DNA of 64,000 nt from Brevundimonas sp. (lineage in GTDB: Bacteria > Actinomycetota > Actinomycetes > Actinomycetales > Cellulomonadaceae), in contig JBCECL010000004.1 in the NCBI GenBank assembly GCA_039207135.1, forward strand, positions 5,165-69,164. The letters are read 5' to 3'. The notes under the pieces were generated by a model. It saw only the letters and a list, made by a program, of their open reading frames with translations. It was not told the origin of the DNA and searched no databases. Position numbers and translations under genes: made by a program. Positions 57,678 through 64,000 of this stretch are shown here, piece after piece. How positions within the stretch are numbered: position 1 is the stretch's first letter; each line of letters starts with the position of its first letter.

Positions 57678-59348
57678 GTGAAGCAGCTGGGAGAGATCCT
57701 GCTCGAGGAAGGCCTCGTCTCCGAGGCGCAGCTCCTCGCGGCACTTGACGAGACGATGACCTCGGGCGCGTCGCTCGGGCGCACCCTGGTGGAGATCGGG
57801 ATCCTCACCGAGGGGCAGCTGGTGCAGGCGCTCGCCGCTCAGGTGGGGATGGACTACGTCGACCTCGACGAGTTCCCCGTCGACCGCCTCGCGGTCGCGA
57901 TGGTCCCGGCGGCGATCTGCCGCAAGTACTCGGTCCTCCCCATCGCGCTGGAGGGCGGGGCCCTGGTCCTCGCGACGGCCGACCCCGGCAACGTCGTCGC
58001 GGTCGACGACGTCCGCTCCGTCGCCGGCCTGCAGGTGGTCTCCGTCATCGCGACGCACGACAACCTCGTCCGCGCCATCGACCGCTACGTGCGCGCCGAC
58101 GACGAGATGGAGAACCTCTCGTCGGCGTTCGAGGACGTCGTCGACAACGAGCCCGACCTGTCCAAGATGGCGGAGGTCGGCGACGACGACGCGCCGATCG
58201 TCCGGTTCGTCAACCTGCTCGTCACCCAGGCGATCACCGACCGCGCATCCGACATCCACATCGAGCCGGCCGAGCACGACCTGCGCGTGCGCTACCGCAT
58301 CGACGGCGTGCTGCACGAGACGCAGCGGGCGCCGAAGCAGATCACCGGCGGCGTCATCAGCCGCGTGAAGATCATGAGCGACATCGACATCGCCGAGCGA
58401 CGCAAGCCGCAGGACGGTCGCATGTCGGTCAACCACAACGGGCGCAAGATCGACCTCCGCGTGGCCACCCTGCCGACGGTGTGGGGCGAGAAGATCGTCA
58501 TGCGAATCCTCGACAACTCGACCGCGAGCCTGGACCTGCGGGACCTGTCGTTCCTCGAGCACAACTACCAGACGTACCGCGACGCCTACACCAAGCCGTA
58601 CGGCATGATCCTCGTGACCGGCCCGACCGGCTCGGGCAAGTCGACGACGCTGTACGCGACGCTGAACGCGGTGTCCCGGCCCGAGATCAACGTCATCACG
58701 GTCGAGGACCCGGTCGAGTACCGCCTGCCGGGCATCAACCAGGTGCAGGTCAACCCGAAGGCGGGTCTGACGTTCGCCGGCGCGCTGCGCTCGATCCTGC
58801 GTTCCGACCCCGACGTCGTCCTGCTCGGTGAGATCCGTGACCACGAGACGGCCCAGATCGCGATCGAGGCGGCCCTCACCGGCCACCTCGTCCTGTCCAC
58901 GCTGCACACGAACGACGCCCCGTCGGCGGTGACGCGACTGACCGAGATGGGCATCGAGCCGTTCCTCGTCGGTTCCGCGCTCGACGCCGTCGTGGCTCAG
59001 CGGCTCGCCCGCAAGCTCTGCGAGAAGTGCAAGGAGCCGTACCGCCCGTCGCCCGAGGAGATGGTCGCCGCAAGGTTCCCCTGGACGCACGGCGAACCCA
59101 TCCCCGAGCTCTTCCGCCCGGGCGGCTGCCAGACGTGCTCGCGCACCGGCTACCGCGGGCGTCTCGCGCTCCACGAGGTGATGCGCGTGACCGAGGAGAT
59201 CGAGCGGCACGCGGTGGCGCACTCCTCGAGCGCGGACATCAACGCGACGGCCGTGCGGCAGGGCATGGTCACGCTCCGCGACGACGGTTGGTACAAGGTC
59301 ATCGCCGGCCTGACGTCGATCGAGGAGATCCTGCGCGTCGTCGCGTGA
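57678..59348 (+). CDS. pilB: Type IV pilus assembly ATPase PilB (GspE family)
   Basis: N-terminal T2SSE_N/MshEN-like repeats, Walker A GPTGSGKSTT, and a tetracysteine motif (CEKCKEPY..CQTCSRTGYRGR). GTG 57678 has a GGGAGGAG RBS. Confidence 0.93.
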   Translation: MKQLGEILLEEGLVSEAQLLAALDETMTSGASLGRTLVEIGILTEGQLVQALAAQVGMDYVDLDEFPVDRLAVAMVPAAICRKYSVLPIALEGGALVLATADPGNVVAVDDVRSVAGLQVVSVIATHDNLVRAIDRYVRADDEMENLSSAFEDVVDNEPDLSKMAEVGDDDAPIVRFVNLLVTQAITDRASDIHIEPAEHDLRVRYRIDGVLHETQRAPKQITGGVISRVKIMSDIDIAERRKPQDGRMSVNHNGRKIDLRVATLPTVWGEKIVMRILDNSTASLDLRDLSFLEHNYQTYRDAYTKPYGMILVTGPTGSGKSTTLYATLNAVSRPEINVITVEDPVEYRLPGINQVQVNPKAGLTFAGALRSILRSDPDVVLLGEIRDHETAQIAIEAALTGHLVLSTLHTNDAPSAVTRLTEMGIEPFLVGSALDAVVAQRLARKLCEKCKEPYRPSPEEMVAARFPWTHGEPIPELFRPGGCQTCSRTGYRGRLALHEVMRVTEEIERHAVAHSSSADINATAVRQGMVTLRDDGWYKVIAGLTSIEEILRVVA

Positions 59349-59440
59349 ACCAGGACGTTTGCCGCGCTCAAGTTGTGCGGCGAGCGGGCCGATGAACCCG
59401 CAACAGGTGTGCCTGATGCAAGTCGACTGGGAGGTCCGAC

Positions 59441-61174
59441 GTGAGCGAGTCCTATGAGTTCCCCGCCGGGGAGCGTGCTCGGCCGCTCCCACCCCACCGG
59501 GCCGCCGGGCCCGTCGCGGGTGACGAGCCGACACCCGGGCGAGTGGTGTTCTCGCCCGTTCCTTCTCAGTCGTCGGTACCGCCGCAGCAGGCGGCCCCGC
59601 AGCCATACGTGGCGCCGCAGGCACCTGCCGCTGGACCGCCGGCTGCGGCACCTTCGTTCGGTGCCCCGCCGACGTTCTCTGCTCCCACCTCGGTCGCCGC
59701 TGCGCGCGCGGCACACGACTCGGTAGCGGTGCAGCCCCAGCGACCCGACCGTCCGGCCGCGGACAGCTACAAGCCGGGTGTCTTCATGCCGGCAGCCGAC
59801 CGCCCGACCGAGATCACCGACCCTGCTGCCGCCGCCGCGCGGCCGCTGCAGCCTGCGGTTGCCGGCTCGGTCGGTTCGACGACCTTCACACCTGCGCCGA
59901 TGCCGACCTGGTCCGAGGCGCCCGAGGTGCCCGCGCAGGCAGCTGCGCCCGAGGTCCCTGCGCAGCCGACGAAGCCGGCGGCCGGCGCCCAGCGCCAGCG
60001 GCCCGGCCGCTCGGTGGGCGGCCAGCAGAAGCAGGACGACGACATCGAGATCGACGCCGTCCTGCACGAGATGGTGCGCCTCGGTGCCTCCGACGTGCAC
60101 TTCACGACGGGCATCGCCCCGATGGTCCGGCTGTCCGGCTCGCTCCGCGCGGTCGAGGGCTTCCCTGCGATGGCACCCGACCCGCTGCGCCGCGTCCTGT
60201 ACTCGATCATGTCCCAGAAGCAGCGTGAGAAGTTCGAGACGAACCTCGAGCTCGACTTCTCCTACGCCGTGCGTGGCCTCGCCCGCTTCCGCGTGAACAT
60301 CTACCAGCAGCGCGAGTCCATCGGTGCCGCGTTCCGTCTGATCCCCTACGAGATCAAGCCGCTGGAAGAGCTCGGCGTCCCGGCCGTGGTGAGCAACTTC
60401 GCGGGCCTCCCGCGTGGCCTCGTCCTGGTCACCGGCCCGACCGGTTCGGGCAAGTCGACGACGCTGGCTGCGATCGTCGACCTCGCGAACCGCACGCGCT
60501 CGGACCACATCATGACCGTCGAGGACCCGATCGAGTTCCTGCACCGCCACAAGAAGTCGCTGGTCAACCAGCGCGAGGTGGGCCAGGACACGCACTCGTT
60601 CGCCAACGCGCTCAAGCACGTCCTGCGCCAGGACCCCGACATCATCCTCGTCGGTGAGATGCGTGACCTCGAGACGATCTCGGTGGCGCTGACCGCCGCC
60701 GAGACCGGTCACCTGGTGTTCGCGACGCTGCACACGCAGGACGCGGCCCAGACCATCGACCGTGTCATCGACGTCTTCCCGTCGCACCAGCAGGACCAGG
60801 TCCGCACCCAGCTCGCCGGTGCGCTCCAGGGCGTCGTCTGCCAGACCCTGTGCAAGCGCGCCGACGGCCCCGGCCGTGCCGTGGCCACCGAGGTCCTCAT
60901 GGCGACGCCCGCGATCCGCAACCTCATCCGTGAGGGCAAGACGCACCAGATCTACTCGGCGATGCAGGCCGGTGCGAAGCAGGGCATGCACACGCTCGAC
61001 CAGCACCTGGCCGAGCTCGTGAAGTCGGGGAAGGTCTCGTACGAGGTGGGCCTGGAGAAGTGCCACCACATCGAGGACTTCAACCGGCTGACGGGCCGCT
61101 TCTCCGGTCAGATGCAGGGTCAGGCACAGCTGGCTGACGCGATGGCGGCGGCTCCGACGGGACAGGCGTTCTGA
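59441..61174 (+). CDS. pilT: PilT-family twitching-motility (retraction) ATPase with a roughly 200-aa Pro/Ala-rich N-terminal extension
   Basis: The core runs from about residue 200: IDAVLHEMVRLGASDVHF, GPTGSGKSTT and the PilT signature AIRNLIREGK. Confidence 0.9.
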   Translation: MSESYEFPAGERARPLPPHRAAGPVAGDEPTPGRVVFSPVPSQSSVPPQQAAPQPYVAPQAPAAGPPAAAPSFGAPPTFSAPTSVAAARAAHDSVAVQPQRPDRPAADSYKPGVFMPAADRPTEITDPAAAAARPLQPAVAGSVGSTTFTPAPMPTWSEAPEVPAQAAAPEVPAQPTKPAAGAQRQRPGRSVGGQQKQDDDIEIDAVLHEMVRLGASDVHFTTGIAPMVRLSGSLRAVEGFPAMAPDPLRRVLYSIMSQKQREKFETNLELDFSYAVRGLARFRVNIYQQRESIGAAFRLIPYEIKPLEELGVPAVVSNFAGLPRGLVLVTGPTGSGKSTTLAAIVDLANRTRSDHIMTVEDPIEFLHRHKKSLVNQREVGQDTHSFANALKHVLRQDPDIILVGEMRDLETISVALTAAETGHLVFATLHTQDAAQTIDRVIDVFPSHQQDQVRTQLAGALQGVVCQTLCKRADGPGRAVATEVLMATPAIRNLIREGKTHQIYSAMQAGAKQGMHTLDQHLAELVKSGKVSYEVGLEKCHHIEDFNRLTGRFSGQMQGQAQLADAMAAAPTGQAF

Positions 61175-62406
61175 TGGCGACCGAGACGAAGACCTTCGAG
61201 TACGCCGTCCGCGACAAGGCCGGCAACGTCGTCAAGGGGCGGGTCGACGCTCCCACGCAGGCCGCCGTCGCGAACCGACTGCGCGAGATGGGCATGGCCG
61301 CCATCTCGATCTCCGAGGTCAGCACGGGCGGGCTCAACACCGAGATCAACATCCCGGGCTTCGGCGGGAACAAGATCTCGCTGAAGGACCTCGCGGTGAT
61401 GTCGCGTCAGCTCGCGACGATGATCGACGCCGGCCTCTCGCTGCTGCGCGCTCTGTCGATCCTCGCGGACCAGACGGAGTCCAAGCCGCTCGCGAAGATC
61501 ATCAGCCAGGTCCGCAACGACGTCGAGGTCGGCACCTCGTTCTCGGTCGCGCTGGCGAAGCACCCGGAGACCTTCCCGCCGCTCATGATCAACATGGTCA
61601 AGGCCGGCGAGGTCGGCGGTTTCCTCGACCAGACGCTGGTCTCGATCGCCGACAACTTCGAGGCCGAGGTCAAGCTCCGCGGAAAGATCAAGTCCGCGAT
61701 GACCTACCCGGTGGTCGTCTTCGTCGTCGCCGTCGTGGCCACCATCGGCATGCTGCTCTTCATCGTCCCGGTGTTCGCCAGCATGTTCGACAATCTCGGC
61801 GGAAAGCTCCCGCTGCCGACGCAGATCCTGATGTGGATCTCGCAGGCGCTGAAGATCGTGATCATCCCGCTGGTGGTCGCGCTCGGTGCATTCACGTTCT
61901 GGTGGGGAAAGCACAAGAACGACCGGGCGGTCCGCGAGAAGGTCGACCCGTACAAGCTCAAGATCCCGGTTTTCGGAAATCTGTTCCGAAAGATCGCGGT
62001 ATCTCGCTTCACCCGAAACTTCGGCACGATGATCCACGCCGGTGTCCCGCTGCTGCAGGCCCTCGACATCGTCGGCGAGACGAGCGGCAACCTGGTCATC
62101 GAACGCGCCGCCAGAGCGGTCCAGGAGTCCGTGCGACGAGGAGAGTCCCTGGCTGGGCCCCTGGCGCAGCACGACGTGTTCCCACCCATGGTCGTGCAGA
62201 TGATCGCCGTCGGTGAGGACACGGGTGCCCTGGACACGATGCTGTCCAAGGTCGCGGACTTCTACGACCAGGAGGTCGAGTCCACGACCGAGCAGCTCAC
62301 GAGCCTGATCGAGCCCCTCATGATCGTCGTGATCGGCGCAATCATCGGCGCCATGGTCATCGCCATGTACATGCCGATCTTCGGAATCTTCAACCTCATC
62401 AAGTGA
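61174..62406 (+). CDS. pilC: Type IV pilus platform protein PilC (T2SSF family)
   Basis: Two T2SSF repeats. A TGATG junction joins it to pilT. Confidence 0.93.
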   Translation: MATETKTFEYAVRDKAGNVVKGRVDAPTQAAVANRLREMGMAAISISEVSTGGLNTEINIPGFGGNKISLKDLAVMSRQLATMIDAGLSLLRALSILADQTESKPLAKIISQVRNDVEVGTSFSVALAKHPETFPPLMINMVKAGEVGGFLDQTLVSIADNFEAEVKLRGKIKSAMTYPVVVFVVAVVATIGMLLFIVPVFASMFDNLGGKLPLPTQILMWISQALKIVIIPLVVALGAFTFWWGKHKNDRAVREKVDPYKLKIPVFGNLFRKIAVSRFTRNFGTMIHAGVPLLQALDIVGETSGNLVIERAARAVQESVRRGESLAGPLAQHDVFPPMVVQMIAVGEDTGALDTMLSKVADFYDQEVESTTEQLTSLIEPLMIVVIGAIIGAMVIAMYMPIFGIFNLIK

Positions 62407-62561
62407 GCGAATAGGCCGAAGGGGTGAATCACGACGATCGCCCCCTCGGATCCTCAAGCCCCGGCCCGTGCCGGTCGATGACTCGGTTGCATGACTGAAC
62501 CGGCCCAGGCCGGACTGACTGTGACAAATCGAAACCACCCGAAAACGACAGGGGAGATGCA

Positions 62562-62987
62562 ATGATTGCTCGCATCCGCAAGGCCATGGACGAGAACGAG
62601 CAGGGCTTCACCCTGATCGAGCTCCTCGTCGTCATGATCATCATCGGCATCCTCGCGGCCATCGCGATCCCGGTGTTCCTCAACCAGCAGGTCAAGGCTG
62701 CCGAGACGGCCGCCAAGGCGGACGCTGCCGCGATCACGAAGGAGATCGTCGCGTACTACGTCGACGGCACCGGCGCGGTCTCGGTCTCCGGCGCGGACAA
62801 GGCGTGGACCCTCACGGGCGCCGCTGGCGACCCCGTCACCGGCAAGCTCTCGGACGGCAACGTGGCTTCGGGCACCGGCACGGACTCGACGACCTGGTGC
62901 GTCCAGGTGGACCCGAGCGGCAAGAACAGCAAGGCGAAGGTCTGGAGCGACGACTCCGTGAAGGGTCTGACCCAGTCCGAGTGCTGA
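62562..62987 (+). CDS. pilA: Type IVa major pilin
   Basis: Leader MIARIRKAMDENEQG|FTLIELLVVMIIIGILAAIAIP. The C-terminus has a Cys..Cys loop (WCVQ...SEC). Confidence 0.92.
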   Translation: MIARIRKAMDENEQGFTLIELLVVMIIIGILAAIAIPVFLNQQVKAAETAAKADAAAITKEIVAYYVDGTGAVSVSGADKAWTLTGAAGDPVTGKLSDGNVASGTGTDSTTWCVQVDPSGKNSKAKVWSDDSVKGLTQSEC

Positions 62988-62997
62988 GGCTGATCTA

Positions 62998-63045
62998 GAC
63001 GAAGGCCCGGTGGGTAGCGGGAACACCGCCCCACCGGGCTTCGTC
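62998..63045 (+). terminator. Hairpin terminator after pilA
   Basis: GACGAAGGCCCGGTGGG, a loop, then CCCACCGGGCTTCGTC, giving a 16-bp stem with one bulge. It begins 11 nt after the pilA stop. Confidence 0.6.
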
Positions 63046-63086
63046 GGTCCCCACATATTGCGCGCGTGAGGTGAACAGGAGTCGAC

Positions 63087-64000
63087 ATGAGGCTGCGTGA
63101 CGCAGGCGGCAGGTCCACGGACGGCGGCTTCTCGCTGATGGAGATCATCGTCGCGATGGTCGTGCTGGGCGCCGTGTCGATGGCGGTGATCGGCGTCATC
63201 ATGTCGGCGCAGGCGCAGGGCGTCTCGAACCGCAACCGCGTCGCAGCCTCGAACCTCGCCTCACGCGAGCTGGACATCGTCCGTGCACAGTTCGTCGCGT
63301 CGAAGACAGCGCCGGTGGCGATCGCCAACGCCGGGCTCGTCGTCAACGCGAACCCTTTGGCCGGCGGCTCGGTCGGCCGACCTCTCGTCGTCGACGGCAC
63401 CGCGTACAGCGTCGAGCGCTCGACCTCCTGGGACATCACCGGGACGGGCAACTCCGCGTGCGAGGGCGGCAGCCTCGTGAAGTACCCCGCACTTCGCGTG
63501 CGCATCAAGGTCACCTGGCCGAACATGGGCTCGGTGCACCCCGTCGAGAACACGGGGGTCCTCACGCCTGACAAGGACACCGGCGTGAGCGGCACGGACT
63601 CGTTCCTGGCCGTCAAGGTCAAGGACCAGGACGCCCAGCCGATCCCGGGCGTGGCTGTCCTCGCGACCGGCGCCGGCGGTACCACGGGCGTCACCGACGA
63701 CAGCGGGTGCGCGGTCATCAAGGTCACGCCCGCCGCGGCCGGGACCTCCTACGTCGTCTCGGTCGCCGACTCCACCTACATCGACATCTCGGGCGCCACC
63801 AACCCGAGCAAGCCGACCGGCGTGATCGTTCCCGGCCAGATCTACACCGGCGCCTCGTTCACGATCGCCAAGCCCGGCTCCGCGCGGGTGATCCTGGCGC
63901 GTGCCGACAGCGGGGCCCTGTCCGACGCCGACGTCGCCGGTTCGCAGATCACGCTCGTCGCCGCCCAGTACTCCGGATCGACCGGCGCGACGACCAAGAC
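63087..64000 (+). CDS. Minor pilin / pseudopilin with a C-terminal beta-sandwich-like region (partial, runs off the window)
   Basis: I translated this by hand because it is not in the track: MRLRDAGGRSTDGG|FSLMEIIVAMVVLGAVSMAVIG. Further on it contains VKVKDQDAQPIPGVAVLATGAGGTTGVTDDSGCAVIKV. The frame stays open to position 64000. Confidence 0.8.
   Translation, partial: MRLRDAGGRSTDGGFSLMEIIVAMVVLGAVSMAVIGVIMSAQAQGVSNRNRVAASNLASRELDIVRAQFVASKTAPVAIANAGLVVNANPLAGGSVGRPLVVDGTAYSVERSTSWDITGTGNSACEGGSLVKYPALRVRIKVTWPNMGSVHPVENTGVLTPDKDTGVSGTDSFLAVKVKDQDAQPIPGVAVLATGAGGTTGVTDDSGCAVIKVTPAAAGTSYVVSVADSTYIDISGATNPSKPTGVIVPGQIYTGASFTIAKPGSARVILARADSGALSDADVAGSQITLVAAQYSGSTGATTK

Noticed and set aside
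1-64000. tRNA, rRNA, tmRNA or RNase P genes in the intergenic gaps.
   Set aside because: All intergenic gaps are 214 nt or shorter, and none showed a cloverleaf-like acceptor/T-arm pattern by eye. I could not run tRNAscan or Infernal scans, so small RNAs cannot be excluded.

Overview
This is a 64-kb chromosomal segment from a very high-GC actinobacterium. The proteins look Micrococcales/Cellulomonas-like, but the taxon cannot be proven from this window. I support about 58 protein genes and recognised no rRNA, tRNA, CRISPR array, transposase or integrase. From memory, the backbone is colinear with the conserved actinobacterial core block known from M. tuberculosis Rv2613c to Rv2552c: HIT-pgsA1-patA-pimA, pdxS/pdxT, yebC-ruvCAB, yajC-secDF, apt-relA, a cyclophilin, an MBL hydrolase, hisS, [island], an Rv2578c-type radical SAM gene, aspS, an MMPL transporter, rarA, rpsD and alaS-ruvX-mltG-aroE. 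Two accessory blocks interrupt this backbone. (1) At 24.3-43.4 kb there is a 10-gene, translationally coupled Tad/Flp pilus operon that ends in an unusual membrane-anchored LysM + SARP (wHTH-BTAD) protein. It is followed directly by a reduced type VII secretion-like module: a WXG100 protein, an FHA-bearing triple-FtsK ATPase, a small helical protein, a 700-aa LXG-like candidate substrate, two lipoproteins and a secreted protein. No known T7SSa or T7SSb membrane partner is encoded in the window. (2) At 57.6-64 kb a type IVa pilus cluster (pilB-pilT-pilC-pilA-minor pilin) sits directly after aroE. My best candidate for an undescribed system is the T7SS-like module together with its LysM-SARP neighbour. 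Most other long ORFs in the six-frame track are antisense or out-of-frame artefacts of the high GC content.
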